Shown: positions 52,568 through 64,000 of the stretch, piece after piece
How positions within the stretch are numbered: position 1 is the stretch's first letter
Layout of the letters: every line of letters starts with the position of its first letter
NCBI GenBank assembly: GCA_027064425.1
Contig: JAMOPO010000015.1
Coordinates: 256,001-320,000, forward strand
Length of the DNA: 64,000 bases
Reading direction: 5' to 3'
Source: Methanobacteriota archaeon
Lineage (GTDB): Archaea > JAADCQ01 > Methanopyri > Methanopyrales > Methanopyraceae
Made by a program: the position numbers and the translations under genes
The notes under the pieces: generated by a model
What the model saw: only the letters and a program-made list of their open reading frames with translations
Told to the model about the DNA's origin: nothing
Databases searched by the model: none

Positions 52568-53035
52568 ATGGCGGTTGAGCTGCCCAAGGCCGCCATCGAG
52601 CGGATCTTCCGGCAGGGTATTGGCGAGCGGAGGCTGAGCCAGGAGGCCAAGGACGTGATCTACGAGTTCGTCCCGAACATGGCCCGGTACGCCGCTGAGG
52701 CCGCCAAGGCCATCCTGGACGCCTCAGGGAAGAAGACGCTCATGGAGGAGCACCTGGAGGCGCTGACCAAGGTCCTGATGGTGGACGGCGTCGAGGACTA
52801 CGACGGCGAGCTCTTCGGTCGGGCCACCGTGCGGCGCATCCTCAAGCGAGCCGGCGTCGAGCGAGCCAGCGCTGACGCCGTGGACCTGTACAACAAGCTG
52901 ATCTGCCGGATCACCGAGGAGCTGGGTGAGATGGCGGCCGAGTACGCCGACGAGGACGACCGGAAGACGGTGCAGCGCGAGGACGTCGAGAAGGCCATCA
53001 CCTGCACCATGCCACGCGCCGACGAGTTCCTCTAA
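52568..53035 (+). CDS. Doublet archaeal histone (HMk type, two tandem histone folds)
   Basis: ELPKAAIERI..SGKKTLMEEH followed by ELFGRATVRRILKRAG..RKTVQREDV. Confidence 0.93.
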   Translation: MAVELPKAAIERIFRQGIGERRLSQEAKDVIYEFVPNMARYAAEAAKAILDASGKKTLMEEHLEALTKVLMVDGVEDYDGELFGRATVRRILKRAGVERASADAVDLYNKLICRITEELGEMAAEYADEDDRKTVQREDVEKAITCTMPRADEFL

Positions 53036-55302
53036 CCCCCACCCCCCTCACGCCCCCACAGGAACTTTCTGATCTCCCTCGCCCGGCGCTCCCCTATCCC
53101 CTCCACCCGCTTCAACTCGCTGACGTCCGCCGTGACTACTTCTCCCACGGAACCGAACCTCTCCAGCAACCTCCTCGCTAGTTCCGGACCCACGCCCGGA
53201 ATGCACGAGAGCATCTCAACCCTGAGGTCATCCACGCTCCTCCTCCGCCTCGGCTGCGCGGGACGCTCATCCCTCGCCACCCGCCGCGCCATGCGGTAGA
53301 GCAGCTCGGCCGTTTCACCCGGGCCCGACGACTGCAGCACGGTCAGGCCGAAGTCCACGGCCAGCGCCGCGAGCGCCCCGTCCACGGACTCCGGCTCCAC
53401 CTCCCGCCGCGGGTTCCCCTCCACGATCAGGACCGGTCGCTCGAACTCCCGCGCCAGCTCTCGGGCCTGATCCATGAGCCGACCGTCCTTTAGCGACTCC
53501 GCGAAGTCCCGCTCCGACTTCCGCTCCACCCCAACCCGCTCACCGATGACGTAGTCGGCCACCTCCAGGTTATCGCGCTCGAGCCTCACCGGCCGCCGCC
53601 GAAGGTGTTCCACCACCTTCGTGTTCATTTCTCGGGAGTCCACCAGTATCGTCGGGACGTGGGGCGGGACCCGCTCCTCCTCTTCCTCCCGCTCCCCCCG
53701 ACCGCCGGACGACCGGATGAACTCCCTGAGCGATACGCTCCCGCGGGTCCTCCCGCGCCCCTTCCGCCGAACCACCCGGCGTCCCCCGCGGGACGGCCGA
53801 CCCTCGCCCCCGCGCGAGCGCAGCCTCTCCTGCACCTTCCTAACCACCCGCAGCATCTTCCGCTCCCGGGCCCTGGAAACGTAGAAGTAAATCTCGTCGA
53901 GCGTGGAGAACCGGCCCCGGGAGACGAGCACGTAGGCCGTCCCGGACGCCCCGTCCCGCGCCGTCCGGCCGATCCGCTGCACGGTCCGGATCTCGGACGG
54001 CACGGGCTCGTACAGGACCACCCGGTCACAGGCCGGCAGGTCGAGCCCCTCCTCACCGACGCTCGTGGATATCAGCACCCGGGCCTCACCCGTCCTGACC
54101 CGGTTGATCGCCTCCAGCTGCTCCCGCTCGCTCATGTGCTGCTTACCGAGGAGCAGCGAGGTGGAGACGCCCTCGCTCTCCAGGAACCTTCTGAGAAGCT
54201 TCGCCGTGTCGGTGTACTGGGTGAAGACCAGGCCCGTCTCCGCCTCCTCCACGAGCTCGAGGACGCGCGGCAGTTTAGGATGGTCCGGCTTGCCCTCGTT
54301 CGCGGCGCGCTTGGCCACCTTCACGGCACGCTGGAAGTCCGGGTCGCCGAGCACGCGCTTGAGCGCCATGCCCCCGCGCTTCTCTCGCAGGCGCTCGAAG
54401 TACCGCAGGAACGGACCCACGCCCTGCGTCTCCAGGATTTCACGCCCCTTAGCCAGCCTGAGCGCCTCCGCGACCACACCGAGCGCGCGGGAGTAGAAGT
54501 CCGCGCGCTCCCGCCTCCTGGCCTTAAGCTCCCGCAGCTCCTCCCGGAGGGAGAGCAGCTTGCCCGTCCAGACCCGCGAGGTTCGGTCCAGGAAGCCCAT
54601 ATCCTTGAGCGTCTCGAGCCGGCGCTTGTACGCCCGCTGCAGTCCCTCGCGAGCCTCCTCGAACCAGTCGGGCAGCTCCACGTCCACCCACTCGACGTCC
54701 ACGCGACCCAGGTACGGCTTGACGTCCGGGTCGTCCTCCGTCTTGACGATAATCCGCTCGATCCCGAGGTTCCTCACCACCTCCTGAACCCTCTCGACGT
54801 CGGAGCCGGGGGAGGCGGTCAGGCCCACGATCAGGCCGTCCAGCTCCCGGGCCACGTACACGTAGGGGTAGCCGCCGACGGCGCGGTGGGCCTCGTCGAA
54901 GACCGTGACCGTGAACCGACTCGGGTCCACCCGGCCCTCGATCACGTCGTTCCGGACGACGTGGGGCGTGGCCACCACCACGTCCGCCTTCTTCCACAGG
55001 GTCTCACGCTCGTCCGGCTTCACCCGGCCCGTCAGCTCCAGCACACTCACGCCCCTCATCACTCGCTCGATGAACCGGGCGTGCTGCTCCACGAGCGGGA
55101 CGGTGGGGGCCAGCATCAGGGCCTGACCGCCGGACTCCTCCAGCACCCCGGCGATCACCAGGACCCCGACGGCCGTCTTGCCCAGTCCCGTGGGCATCAC
55201 GACGAGCGTGTTCTCACCGTGCTCCAGGATCTCCCGGGCCGCGTTGACCTGATAGTCCCGGCGCTCCAGCACGTCCCAGCGGATCAGTCTCCACCCGACC
55301 AT
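53032..55302 (-). CDS. hef: Hef/FANCM-like DEAH helicase with ERCC4 nuclease and HhH domains
   Basis: PTGLGKT, DEAH, TASPG, QRIGRT.R, ERKS..DF, IPGVG; start approximate. Confidence 0.93.
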   Translation of the reverse strand: MVGWRLIRWDVLERRDYQVNAAREILEHGENTLVVMPTGLGKTAVGVLVIAGVLEESGGQALMLAPTVPLVEQHARFIERVMRGVSVLELTGRVKPDERETLWKKADVVVATPHVVRNDVIEGRVDPSRFTVTVFDEAHRAVGGYPYVYVARELDGLIVGLTASPGSDVERVQEVVRNLGIERIIVKTEDDPDVKPYLGRVDVEWVDVELPDWFEEAREGLQRAYKRRLETLKDMGFLDRTSRVWTGKLLSLREELRELKARRRERADFYSRALGVVAEALRLAKGREILETQGVGPFLRYFERLREKRGGMALKRVLGDPDFQRAVKVAKRAANEGKPDHPKLPRVLELVEEAETGLVFTQYTDTAKLLRRFLESEGVSTSLLLGKQHMSEREQLEAINRVRTGEARVLISTSVGEEGLDLPACDRVVLYEPVPSEIRTVQRIGRTARDGASGTAYVLVSRGRFSTLDEIYFYVSRARERKMLRVVRKVQERLRSRGGEGRPSRGGRRVVRRKGRGRTRGSVSLREFIRSSGGRGEREEEEERVPPHVPTILVDSREMNTKVVEHLRRRPVRLERDNLEVADYVIGERVGVERKSERDFAESLKDGRLMDQARELAREFERPVLIVEGNPRREVEPESVDGALAALAVDFGLTVLQSSGPGETAELLYRMARRVARDERPAQPRRRRSVDDLRVEMLSCIPGVGPELARRLLERFGSVGEVVTADVSELKRVEGIGERRAREIRKFLWGREGGGG

Positions 55303-56060
55303 TTTCTGAGAACCTCCTCCGCCCGCTCTCGGAACCTTTCGACGGCCTCCTCCGGATCGTCGCACTCGGACACGATCTCGCGCCGGATGCGGCTCAGCAC
55401 CTCACCCAACTCCTGGGACGCCGTCCCCTCCTCGGCGGCCCTCCTCATAATCTCACCCATCACCTTCCTGGTGGCCTGGTCCACCTCGTCCACGGACTCC
55501 GGGGTGGGGCGCCGCTCCCTCCCCTCCCTCCGCGGCCGCTGAACCTCCAGCCCGGACCTGACGAACTCGAGGACTTCTTCCGTGACCTCGGCGTCGTCTA
55601 GCCGCAGCGCCCGGCGCTCCCACCACCGGTCCGGGTCCGGCGGCTCGAATCGCTCGTGGAGGCGCTTCACGACCTCGTCGGGGACGGGTCGACCCCGCTC
55701 GGCGTTCCTGCGCAGGCACTCCCTCAGCGGCACGTCCAGCCAAACGATGCCCCAGGGCGCCTCGCGCTCTAGGGCCAGCTTGGCCAGCTCTCGGCGCATG
55801 CTGGCGTAGTAGTTGGTGTCGTCGGCGATGACGAGGTCCAGCTCCTCCTCAAGCAGGGTCTCCACCACCCGGAGGAAGGCCCGACGGGCGACCTTCTCGA
55901 GCCTGGGCTTGAACTCACCCTGCCAGAGGAAGCCTCGGATGGCGTCGGCCTCCACGTGGGCGACGTCCCAGCCATCCCCGCGCAGGGTTCGAGCCAGCCC
56001 GCGCGCGAAACACGTTTTACCCGACGCGGGTGGTCCAGCCAGGATCAGTAGCCTCGTCAC
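55284..56060 (-). CDS. pstK: O-phosphoseryl-tRNA(Sec) kinase
   Basis: [29 protein letters not shown]; consistent with the Sec-containing selD. Confidence 0.82.
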   Translation of the reverse strand: MTRLLILAGPPASGKTCFARGLARTLRGDGWDVAHVEADAIRGFLWQGEFKPRLEKVARRAFLRVVETLLEEELDLVIADDTNYYASMRRELAKLALEREAPWGIVWLDVPLRECLRRNAERGRPVPDEVVKRLHERFEPPDPDRWWERRALRLDDAEVTEEVLEFVRSGLEVQRPRREGRERRPTPESVDEVDQATRKVMGEIMRRAAEEGTASQELGEVLSRIRREIVSECDDPEEAVERFRERAEEVLRKWSGGD

Positions 56061-56083
56061 CGGATCACCCCGGGGTGATCGGG

Positions 56084-57082
56084 TTGGGTCTCAAAGACAA
56101 GCTCGGGGGCTCGCGCGAGCCTCGGTACCTGTTCTTCGGAGGGAAGGGCGGGGTGGGCAAGACGACCTGCGCGGCCGCGACCGCGGTCTGGCTGGCGGAG
56201 CACGAGGACAAGGAGGTGCTCGTGGTCTCGACGGACCCGGCCCACTCGCTCTCGGACTCGTTCGACCAGGACATTGGCTCGGAGCCGACGCCCATCGAGG
56301 GTGTGGAGGGGCTTAAGGGGATCGAGATCGATCCGGAGAAGGCGGCGGAGGAGTACGTGGAGACGCTGAGACGGGTCTACGAGATGACGGACGACGAGAG
56401 CCTGAAGGAGGTGTTCGGTGGCGAGGACATGCTCAAGGAGCAGGAGGAGTTGCTGAAGAGCTCACCCGGTATCGACGAGGCTGCGGCCTTCCAGAAGTTC
56501 ATGGAGTTCATGCGCGACGACTCGTACGACGTGATCGTGTTCGACACGGCGCCCACGGGTCACACGCTGCGGTTCCTGTCGATTCCGGAGGCGCTGGAGC
56601 GGCAGGTCAAGACGATGATCAAGGTGCGGAAGACGCTGCGACAGGTCAGCAAGATGCTCAAGTCGCTGATCCCGTTCGCGGGCGGCGAGGAGGAGGAAGA
56701 GGAGGATGAGATCCTGGACAACCTGGAGCAGATGAAGGAGGAGATCGAGGAGGTGCGGGAGATCCTCAGTGACGCCTCGCAGACGGCGTTCCGGCTGGTG
56801 GTCACCCCGGAGGAGATGGCCATTTACGAGGCTCGGCGGGCCCTTCGGACGCTGAACCACTACGAGATCCCAGTGGACATGGTTATCGTGAACAAGGTGA
56901 TGCCGAAGCGGGCCGAGGAGTGCGAGTTCTGCCGGACGCGGCGTGAGATGGAGGAGAAGCGGCTGGAGCTGGTGGAGAAGTACTTCGGTGACAAGGAGAT
57001 CGTGCAGGTCCCCATGTTCGCCGAGGAGGTCCGCGGGCTGGACAAGATTCGAGAGGTGGCGGAGGTGCTGTACGGAGAGTAG
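56084..57082 (+). CDS. ArsA/Get3 (TRC40)-family ATPase
   Basis: [32 protein letters not shown]-terminal CEFC; single domain; TTG start. Confidence 0.92.
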   Translation: MGLKDKLGGSREPRYLFFGGKGGVGKTTCAAATAVWLAEHEDKEVLVVSTDPAHSLSDSFDQDIGSEPTPIEGVEGLKGIEIDPEKAAEEYVETLRRVYEMTDDESLKEVFGGEDMLKEQEELLKSSPGIDEAAAFQKFMEFMRDDSYDVIVFDTAPTGHTLRFLSIPEALERQVKTMIKVRKTLRQVSKMLKSLIPFAGGEEEEEEDEILDNLEQMKEEIEEVREILSDASQTAFRLVVTPEEMAIYEARRALRTLNHYEIPVDMVIVNKVMPKRAEECEFCRTRREMEEKRLELVEKYFGDKEIVQVPMFAEEVRGLDKIREVAEVLYGE

Positions 57083-57745
57083 GTGAGGATCGCGTTGAGG
57101 CGGTTCGAGCTGCACGCTCATACCTGCCTTACGGATGGGGAGCTGCTGCCGGCGGAGTTTCTCCGGCGGGCGGAGGAGCTGGACCACGAGGTGCTGGTGT
57201 TCTCCGAGCACGTGGATCCCTCGAACCTAGAGGACGCGGTGACGCGGCTGGCGGAGGCCTGCGACCGGCTGCGCGGGTACTACGAGACCGAGCCGGTGCC
57301 CGGGGCGGAGCTGACGCACGTTCCGCCGGAGCTGATCCCGGAGCTGGCGGAGGAGGCTCGGGATAACGGGGCCGAGCTGGTCCTGGTGCACGGTGAGACG
57401 CCGGCGGAGCCGGTGAAAGAGGGGACGAATCGGGCTGCGGTGGAGTGCGACGCGGTGGACGTGCTGGCGCACCCGGGGCTCATCGATCTGGAAACGGCCA
57501 GACTCGCCGCGGAAAACGGCGTGGCGCTGGAGCTCTCCGCGAAGCACGGGCACTGCCTGGCCAACGGGTGGGTGGCGCGGGTCGCCCTGGAGGTCGACGC
57601 GCCCCTGGTCCTGAACACGGACGCGCACAGGCCCTCGGACCTGCTCTCCCCCGAGGAGGCAGAGGTGATCGTGCGCGGGGCTGGAATCCCGAGAAAGATG
57701 GCGCGTTGGGTGCTGGAGGAGGTGCCCAGGCGGCTGCTGCGCTAA
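57083..57745 (+). CDS. PHP-family phosphoesterase (histidinol-phosphatase-like)
   Basis: HAHT, EH.D, VHGET, LAHPG, TDAH. Confidence 0.88.
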   Translation: MRIALRRFELHAHTCLTDGELLPAEFLRRAEELDHEVLVFSEHVDPSNLEDAVTRLAEACDRLRGYYETEPVPGAELTHVPPELIPELAEEARDNGAELVLVHGETPAEPVKEGTNRAAVECDAVDVLAHPGLIDLETARLAAENGVALELSAKHGHCLANGWVARVALEVDAPLVLNTDAHRPSDLLSPEEAEVIVRGAGIPRKMARWVLEEVPRRLLR

Positions 57746-59271
57746 CCCTTGACCACGCCGATGGGTCGCAGCCGGACGACCGGGTCGGAGATGCCCGCCT
57801 CGGCGACCGCCTTGACGACCTCGTCCACGTCCTTGTACGCCGGTGGTGCCTCCTCGGCCACCACCGGCATGCTCGCCGCCTTGACCAGGATGCCCTGTCG
57901 CTCCAGCTCCTTGGCGACGTCCTCGCCCCAGAACTTCCGCTTCGCCGCGGCCCGGCTCATCGTCCGGCCCGCGCCGTGGCAGGTGCTGCCCCACGTCTCC
58001 TCCATGGCCTTCTCGGTGCCGACCAAGATGTACGAGCCCGTGCCCATGTCACCCGGGATCAGCACCGGCTGCGGCAGGCCCTTGAACGGTACCGGCTCGC
58101 CGTGCTGCTTCAGCGCCTCCTCCGTGAACGCCCGCGTAGCTCCCTTCCGGTGCACGACCAGCCACTTCTCCTCACCGTCGACCGGGTGCCTCTCGATCTT
58201 GGCCATGTTGTGCGCGATGTCGTAGATCACCTCGATGCCCATGTCCTCCGCGTCCCCGTACTCGTCGCCGAACACCTCCACGAAGGACTCCCGCGTCCAG
58301 TGCGAGATCATCTGCCGGTTCGCGAACGCGTAGTTCGCCGCCGCGTTCATCGCGTTGAAGTACCGCTTCGCGTCGTCCGTGCCCATGGCCGCGCACGCCA
58401 GCTGCCGGTCCGGGATTTTCACGCCGAACCGCCGCTCTACGTCGCGCATCGACTTCTCCATGATCCGCAGGTGGTCCGAGCAGACCTGGTGACCGAATCC
58501 TCGCGAGCCCGTGTGGACCATGATCGTGACCTGGCCCTCCTCCTTGATGCCCATCTTCTCGGCGGCCTCCTTGTTGTAGATCTCATCCACCACCTGGATC
58601 TCCAGGAAGTGGTTGCCCGAACCCAGCGTGCCCAGCTGCGGCCGACCGCGCTCGATCGCCCGCTTGCTCGCCACGTCGTCCCGCGGCCCGTACTCCTCCC
58701 AGCCGATCTCCTCGTACGCGTGCGACATGTTACCCCGCGACTCGATCCGCTCCAGGTCCTCCTCGTAACCGTACCCCTCCTCCACCGCCCACTCGGCACC
58801 GTACAACATCACCTGCCGCAGCTCCTGCGTGGTCAGCCTCACCTTCCGGTGCCGGGAGCCCAGGCCGGCCGGCACGTTCCTGAAGATCGTTTCCAGCAGC
58901 TCCTTCAGCTTCGGCCGCACGTCCTCCTCCGTCAGGTCCGTCTTCATGACGCGCACGCCGCAGTTGATGTCGTAGCCCACGCCGCCCGGGCTGACCACGC
59001 CATCCTCCACGTCGAACGCCGCGACGCCGCCGATCGGGAAGCCGTAACCGTAGTGAGCGTCCGGCAGCGCGATCGAGTGCTTGTAGATGCCCGGCAGGCA
59101 GGCCACGTTCGCCACCTGGTCGAACACGCCCTTCTCCATCTCATCGATCAGCTTCTCGGTCGCGTAAATGCGGCCGGGCACCCTCATGCAGCCCTGATAG
59201 TCCTCCGGCAGCTCCCAAACGACGTTGTCACGGACGTGCTTCAGCATCGACTTCGGAGCCATCCTCGTCAC
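57742..59271 (-). CDS. rtcB: tRNA-splicing ligase RtcB (intein-free)
   Basis: [40 protein letters not shown]. Confidence 0.96.
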   Translation of the reverse strand: MTRMAPKSMLKHVRDNVVWELPEDYQGCMRVPGRIYATEKLIDEMEKGVFDQVANVACLPGIYKHSIALPDAHYGYGFPIGGVAAFDVEDGVVSPGGVGYDINCGVRVMKTDLTEEDVRPKLKELLETIFRNVPAGLGSRHRKVRLTTQELRQVMLYGAEWAVEEGYGYEEDLERIESRGNMSHAYEEIGWEEYGPRDDVASKRAIERGRPQLGTLGSGNHFLEIQVVDEIYNKEAAEKMGIKEEGQVTIMVHTGSRGFGHQVCSDHLRIMEKSMRDVERRFGVKIPDRQLACAAMGTDDAKRYFNAMNAAANYAFANRQMISHWTRESFVEVFGDEYGDAEDMGIEVIYDIAHNMAKIERHPVDGEEKWLVVHRKGATRAFTEEALKQHGEPVPFKGLPQPVLIPGDMGTGSYILVGTEKAMEETWGSTCHGAGRTMSRAAAKRKFWGEDVAKELERQGILVKAASMPVVAEEAPPAYKDVDEVVKAVAEAGISDPVVRLRPIGVVKG

Positions 59272-59942
59272 CCCCGGGCCAGGACCTCCACCTCTCCGGA
59301 GGCCCTAGCACGCGCGCCTTCTTTCAAATATTGAACGGCCCGCTCCAGCGCCTCCTTCAGGTACTCGGGCTCCACCCCCGGCGCCCCGTGGGCCACCAGC
59401 AGCACCCGCTCCGTGTCCTCCCGCACCGCCGTCCGGCGCGAGTCCCGGTACGGCGAGACCGACACCGGGCCCTCCTCGTCCGCCAGGACCACCATGTCCT
59501 CCGACAGCTCCACCTCCTCGCCCGCAATGTCCACCATCCGCTCTCCCTCGCGCGCCGGCCGGATCACCAGCCTCCCGACCAGCGCGTCCCGGTCGAAGCA
59601 GCTGATCGGTACCCGGTACTCCGCGGACGCCAGGTTGTAAGAGTCCACGACCGCATTGATGCGCGGGAACCGACCCCGCAGGGCCCGCCTAAGCAGCGCC
59701 TCACCGGCCGGCCGCGTCTTCGTCGGGTCGATTCCAATGGACCACAGGTAGTCCCGGTAGGCTCGCACCACCGGGTCGTCCTTCAGCCCCTCCAGGTCGA
59801 ACCGCTCCCGCAGCCTCTCCGTCACCCGCTCCACCAGGTCGCCGGCGTCCGCCGAGGGATCGACCCCATCCACCTCCACGTACGCGAAGGACAGGCCCCG
59901 CTCCAGCACCTCATCCTCCACCCTCACCTCCAACCGGTTCAC
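59268..59942 (-). CDS. B3/B4 (PheRS beta editing-like) domain protein
   Basis: [30 protein letters not shown]. Confidence 0.85.
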   Translation of the reverse strand: MNRLEVRVEDEVLERGLSFAYVEVDGVDPSADAGDLVERVTERLRERFDLEGLKDDPVVRAYRDYLWSIGIDPTKTRPAGEALLRRALRGRFPRINAVVDSYNLASAEYRVPISCFDRDALVGRLVIRPAREGERMVDIAGEEVELSEDMVVLADEEGPVSVSPYRDSRRTAVREDTERVLLVAHGAPGVEPEYLKEALERAVQYLKEGARARASGEVEVLARG

Positions 59943-60546
59943 CCCCGACCCGGTCGAGGACCAACATCACGCGGTCCCCATGCTCCTCGAACTCGGAGAC
60001 CCTCCACTCGCGGCCGAAAGCCGCGGCCACCAGCTCGCAGGACACCCACTCGTTGTTCCCCGTCAGCAGGTGGATCAGCCTGGTCGCCGCTCGGGCCACC
60101 CGGCTCGCCGGGTTCGGCAGCACGATGACCGCCCGAGCCCCGCGAGCCGTCACCCGGGTCACTTCCCGCGCCGCGACCCTCAGGTTCAGGTGCTGCAGGA
60201 CCTCCGAGAGCACCACCCCATCGAAATACCCGTCGGGGAGCGGCAGGTCGTGCGCGTCGGCGCGTAAGAACCGGACGTTTTCCCGGCTCGTCCGGGCCCG
60301 CGACGCCCGGATCATCCGAGCGTTGACGTCCACCCCAACGACCTCTGAGCAGTGCCGGGCCAGCCGCCGCGTCAGGTACCCCGTGGCGCACCCCACGTCC
60401 AGAACCCTGCGCCGCCCACGCAGCCGCCGAACCACCTCCTCGACCAGTCGCTCCGGGAGCGAGATCGGGGACGCCTCGTACACCGCCGCGAGCACCGAGT
60501 AGAACATTTTTTGACGGAGCCTCTCCCGGGACCGGCCCACCCGCAA
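59911..60546 (-). CDS. Class I SAM-dependent methyltransferase
   Basis: VLDVGCATG, GVD, DAHDLP..D..FD; TTG start inferred. Confidence 0.82.
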   Translation of the reverse strand: MRVGRSRERLRQKMFYSVLAAVYEASPISLPERLVEEVVRRLRGRRRVLDVGCATGYLTRRLARHCSEVVGVDVNARMIRASRARTSRENVRFLRADAHDLPLPDGYFDGVVLSEVLQHLNLRVAAREVTRVTARGARAVIVLPNPASRVARAATRLIHLLTGNNEWVSCELVAAAFGREWRVSEFEEHGDRVMLVLDRVGGEPVGGEGGG

Positions 60547-60559
60547 GTTCCCCCCGGGG

Positions 60560-61453
60560 ATGTGCGCCTTGAACGTGGCACCCATCATTCTAGCCGCGGT
60601 AGCGCTGGCCACGGCACCGCTCGCCGCGGGATATGCCCCCGTCCCGAAGCCGCCGGAGATCCAGACGGAGAAGCAGGCGGAGGAGCTCAAGGTTGGGCAA
60701 AAGGTCGAGGGCAAGGTTATCAAAAAGGTCGTTCAGTCCCAGCGGGCCGTCATCTACGTCAAGCCCTCCCGGCGCTCGGGCAAGGTCTATCGGGTACAGG
60801 TGCCGCCGAGCGTGGCGAAGAAGGTGAAACCGGGCACCGTCGTTGAGGTCTACAGGACCGAGCGAGGCACCGTGGTCAGGCCGGTGGGTGGCGCCGCGAG
60901 GACGGGAGGAGGTCGGGTCGGCCGGGTCCCAGCTGGGGGTGCCCCGGCGACGCCGACAGCGCGGGGAGGGACGACCGTGACTCCGGCGGCCGGACACTCG
61001 CCCAGCTACGCCGGTCACGCCGGCGCCCGGTACGCGCCGAGTGGTGAGGTCGCCCCATCGTCCCAGCCAACCGGCGCCGCAGGGGCCGGAGCCGGTGCGG
61101 CCGGAGCTGCCGGCGGGGTGACTGCGCCTGCGACCGGTGCCGGTGGTGGAGGGGGCGGAGCGGGCGGTGCTGGCGGAGGCGCCGGAGGTGCTGGAGCGAC
61201 CAAGAAGCAGCCGGGGGAACCGAGTGGTGGTAAGAAAGAGGTGAGAGGTAAGAGCGCGGGCAAGCCCGCGGGTGCCGGACCCGCGAAGCGGGGTCAGGCG
61301 GGGCCGGGATCGGCTGGAGTCTTCAGCCGGGAGGCACTGTCGTCAGGTGGTGAGTGGCTGCCCTACCTGGCGGCGGTGGCGTTGGTGGGAACGGCGGCCG
61401 CGGGTGCGTGGGCGGTGCTGAAACGGCGCCGGGAGTCGGAGTGGGAGTTATGA
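60560..61453 (+). CDS. Secreted protein with Gly/Ala-rich linker and C-terminal membrane anchor
   Basis: Signal peptide, small beta domain, low-complexity GA tract, TM helix followed by KRRR. Confidence 0.75.
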   Translation: MCALNVAPIILAAVALATAPLAAGYAPVPKPPEIQTEKQAEELKVGQKVEGKVIKKVVQSQRAVIYVKPSRRSGKVYRVQVPPSVAKKVKPGTVVEVYRTERGTVVRPVGGAARTGGGRVGRVPAGGAPATPTARGGTTVTPAAGHSPSYAGHAGARYAPSGEVAPSSQPTGAAGAGAGAAGAAGGVTAPATGAGGGGGGAGGAGGGAGGAGATKKQPGEPSGGKKEVRGKSAGKPAGAGPAKRGQAGPGSAGVFSREALSSGGEWLPYLAAVALVGTAAAGAWAVLKRRRESEWEL

Positions 61454-61489
61454 ATCAGGGGTTAGCGTCCCGTAAGGGGGGCGTTAAAG

Positions 61490-61867
61490 ATGGCCGAGTT
61501 CGAGGACACGGGCTTTGGTTGGGTGAAGTACGGCAGTGAGCGGTACGATCACGATATCTACGTGGACACGGAGGGCAACGTGCACCGGCGTGAGAAGAAC
61601 CTCTCACGCCAGAAGTTCGGCACGAGTCACCGCCTCTCCGCGGACGAGATCGAGCGGCTGCTGGAGCTGTGCGACGAGGAGCCGGACGTGATCGTGGTGG
61701 GCACGGGGCAGAACGGCGTGCTGACGGTGACCGATGAGGCCAGGGAGCTCTGTGAGGAGCGCGGGATCGAGCTGGTGGATCTGCGGACGCCGGAGGCCAT
61801 CGAGCGGTTCAACGAGCTGAAGGAGGAGGGCAAGCGGGTCGCGGCGATCATCCACACCACGTGCTAG
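61490..61867 (+). CDS. Mth938-like (DUF498/598) protein
   Basis: [25 protein letters not shown]. Confidence 0.88.
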   Translation: MAEFEDTGFGWVKYGSERYDHDIYVDTEGNVHRREKNLSRQKFGTSHRLSADEIERLLELCDEEPDVIVVGTGQNGVLTVTDEARELCEERGIELVDLRTPEAIERFNELKEEGKRVAAIIHTTC

Positions 61868-62625
61868 GGTCCGAACTCCACCTCGATGTACTCCCTGGTT
61901 CGCTCGTCCTGCGGGTTGTTGAACAGCTCCTTGGTCTCGTTGGCCTCCACTAATTCTCCTTTCAGGAAGAACGCCGTGTAGTCGCCGATCCGGTAGGCCT
62001 GCGGTAGTATGTGCGTGACGAAGACGATGGTCACCTCGCCGCGCAGCTCGAGCACCGTCTCCTCGATCTTCCTGGTGGCGATGGGGTCCAGGTCGGACGT
62101 TGGCTCGTCCATGAGGAGCACGTCCGGGTCCACGGCGAGGGCCCGCGCGATGCAGAGCCGCTGCTGCTGGCCGCCGGAGAGCGCGGAGGCGGGGTCGTCC
62201 AGCCGGTCCTCGACCTCGTCCAGCAGGGCCGCCTTCTCCAGGGCCTCGTACACGCGGTCCTCGATCTCGTCCTCGTCCATTCCCATGAGGCGCAGCCCGT
62301 AGGCCACGTTGTCGTAGATGGACATCCACGGGAACGGGTTAGGGTGCTGGAACACCGTGGCCACCCGGCGCCGGTGCTCGATAATCTCCTCCTCACTCTC
62401 GTACTCTAGGATGTTGTCACCGTCGAACTCGACGACGCCCTCCGTCCTGGCGTACGGGATCTCTTTGATCATCAGGTTCAGGCACCGGATGAACGTGGAC
62501 TTGCCGCAGCCGGACGGGCCGATGATCGTCGTGATCTTCTTCTCCGGAATGTCCAGCGTGATGCCCTTCAGCGCCTCCTTGTCCCCGTAGTACACGTGCA
62601 GGTCGCGCACCTTGAACGCGGCCAT
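61864..62625 (-). CDS. pstB: Phosphate ABC transporter ATP-binding protein
   Basis: [38 protein letters not shown]. Confidence 0.94.
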   Translation of the reverse strand: MAAFKVRDLHVYYGDKEALKGITLDIPEKKITTIIGPSGCGKSTFIRCLNLMIKEIPYARTEGVVEFDGDNILEYESEEEIIEHRRRVATVFQHPNPFPWMSIYDNVAYGLRLMGMDEDEIEDRVYEALEKAALLDEVEDRLDDPASALSGGQQQRLCIARALAVDPDVLLMDEPTSDLDPIATRKIEETVLELRGEVTIVFVTHILPQAYRIGDYTAFFLKGELVEANETKELFNNPQDERTREYIEVEFGP

Positions 62626-62629
62626 GGTG

Positions 62630-64000
62630 CTACACCCGCCGCCCCACCCTCCGCTCGAACTTGTCTCGCATGTAGATCGCCAGGAAGTTCAGGCTCAGGG
62701 TCACGAGGATCAGGACCAGTGCGGCCGCGAAGGCCTTCTGCTTGGCCTCGGGGACCATGAGGTACTCCTTAGCTATTAGGTATATCCTGAACGCCAGCGC
62801 GTCCGTGGGCTGGAGCACGTGCACGAACGGGTTGCTCGAGACCAGTCCGATCATGACCGCGGTGAGGATGATCGGTGCCGCCTCCTCCGCCGCCCGGCAC
62901 ATGGAGAGCGTGATGCCCGCCGTGATCCCCGGCTTGGCCATGGGCAGCAGCACGTCCTTCACCACGTGGTACCACGACGCCCCAACGCCGCGCGCCGCCT
63001 CGATGTACTCCCTTGGAACGGACCGGAAGGCCTCCTCCGCCGTCCTGACCACCACCGGCAGGTTCATCGTCGCCAGCGTCAGCGCGCCGGCGAGCACTGA
63101 GTAACCCATCTTCATGTACACGACGAAGAGCGTCGCGCCGAACAGACCGTACACGATCGAGGGCACGCCCGCCAGCGTGTCGATCGCGAACCTCACCGCC
63201 CGCGTGAACCGGCTCTCACCCGCGAAGTGCGCCAGGTACAGCGCCGTCGGCACGCCGACCAGCACCGCGAACACCGTGGAGTAAAACATCAGCGCCAGCG
63301 TTCCCAGCAGGGCCGGGTACAGCGAGCTGTGCACCGGGTCGCCGATGCTCACCGGGCCGAACAGGGCGTCCCAGCTGAGCGCTCCGATCCCGTTCACGAA
63401 GATGTAGCCGGTGATGCCCACCAACGCGGCCGCCGCGATCACGCCCGCCGCGATCATGAGCCCCGTCATGAGCTTGCTCGCGAGGACGGGGTTCACCCGG
63501 CCGGCCTTCACCTTCCGACGCACCTTGGGCTTCCCGGCGCGCTCCCGGTACCAGTACGTGATCACGATGACCGCCGTCACCATCAGCATCAGCACCAGAC
63601 CCGCGAAGTACAGCGCGTAGTATCCCGGGGAACCCACGGGCAGCACCGTGGCCTGCAGGAGGATGTGTGCGGACAGCGGCCGGCATGGGTCCAGCGGGGA
63701 GTGCGGGATCATCAGCGCGCCGCCCGCGACCAGCGCCACCGCGACCGTCTCGCCCAGGGCCCTCAGTGTGCCCAGCATGCCACCGGCCGCGATTCCGGAC
63801 AGGGCGGCGGGCCACAGCACGGTCCTCACGACCTGCCACCGGGTGGCGCCCATTCCCAGCGCGGCCTCCACGTACTCCCGCGGGACCGAGCGGATGGCCT
63901 CCATCATCACGCTGGTCATGTACGGCAGGATCATGATCGCGACGATGATGCCGGCGACCAGAACCGAGTAGCCCGAGGGAGCGCCTAGGTAGTACCGCGC
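62630..64000 (-). CDS. Phosphate ABC transporter permease, PstC-PstA fusion (5'-truncated by the window edge)
   Basis: Open frame to the window edge with two EAA loops ([30 protein letters not shown]), RALGETVAV and [13 protein letters not shown]. Confidence 0.85.
   Translation of the reverse strand, partial: ARYYLGAPSGYSVLVAGIIVAIMILPYMTSVMMEAIRSVPREYVEAALGMGATRWQVVRTVLWPAALSGIAAGGMLGTLRALGETVAVALVAGGALMIPHSPLDPCRPLSAHILLQATVLPVGSPGYYALYFAGLVLMLMVTAVIVITYWYRERAGKPKVRRKVKAGRVNPVLASKLMTGLMIAAGVIAAAALVGITGYIFVNGIGALSWDALFGPVSIGDPVHSSLYPALLGTLALMFYSTVFAVLVGVPTALYLAHFAGESRFTRAVRFAIDTLAGVPSIVYGLFGATLFVVYMKMGYSVLAGALTLATMNLPVVVRTAEEAFRSVPREYIEAARGVGASWYHVVKDVLLPMAKPGITAGITLSMCRAAEEAAPIILTAVMIGLVSSNPFVHVLQPTDALAFRIYLIAKEYLMVPEAKQKAFAAALVLILVTLSLNFLAIYMRDKFERRVGRRV

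Noticed and set aside
61060-61200. GGN/GCN-rich quasi-repeats
   Set aside because: Encodes the Gly/Ala linker; not a CRISPR or DNA tandem repeat.

Overview
High-GC archaeal chromosome segment, almost certainly from a Methanopyrus-lineage hyperthermophilic methanogen. Diagnostic features are a doublet histone (HMk type), C instead of T at position 8 of all three tRNA genes, a two-intron tRNA-Glu, the CbiZ-CobZ fusion cbiS, and atpB-atpD detached from the ATP synthase operon with an intein in atpB. Most of the window is dense housekeeping DNA: cobalamin and F430 synthesis, the mevalonate entry operon, translation and tRNA enzymes, sugar-phosphate enzymes, selenocysteine machinery (UGA-containing selD with a 3' SECIS, pstK), hef, rtcB and phosphate ABC transport. 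The first ~11 kb is an orphan-gene island with frameshifted paralogous membrane proteins, a fused surface protein carrying a CPBP-like protease domain, and a divergent pair of box C/D sRNAs. The most notable unexplained signals are (i) a conserved 23-bp dyad ATYGTTAC-N7-NTAACGDT just downstream of the CCA of every tRNA gene in the window and (ii) seven divergent gene pairs whose start codons are only ~13-29 bp apart and share palindromic C-run/G-run Shine-Dalgarno hubs. Family assignments come from motif recognition by eye; no database searches were run.
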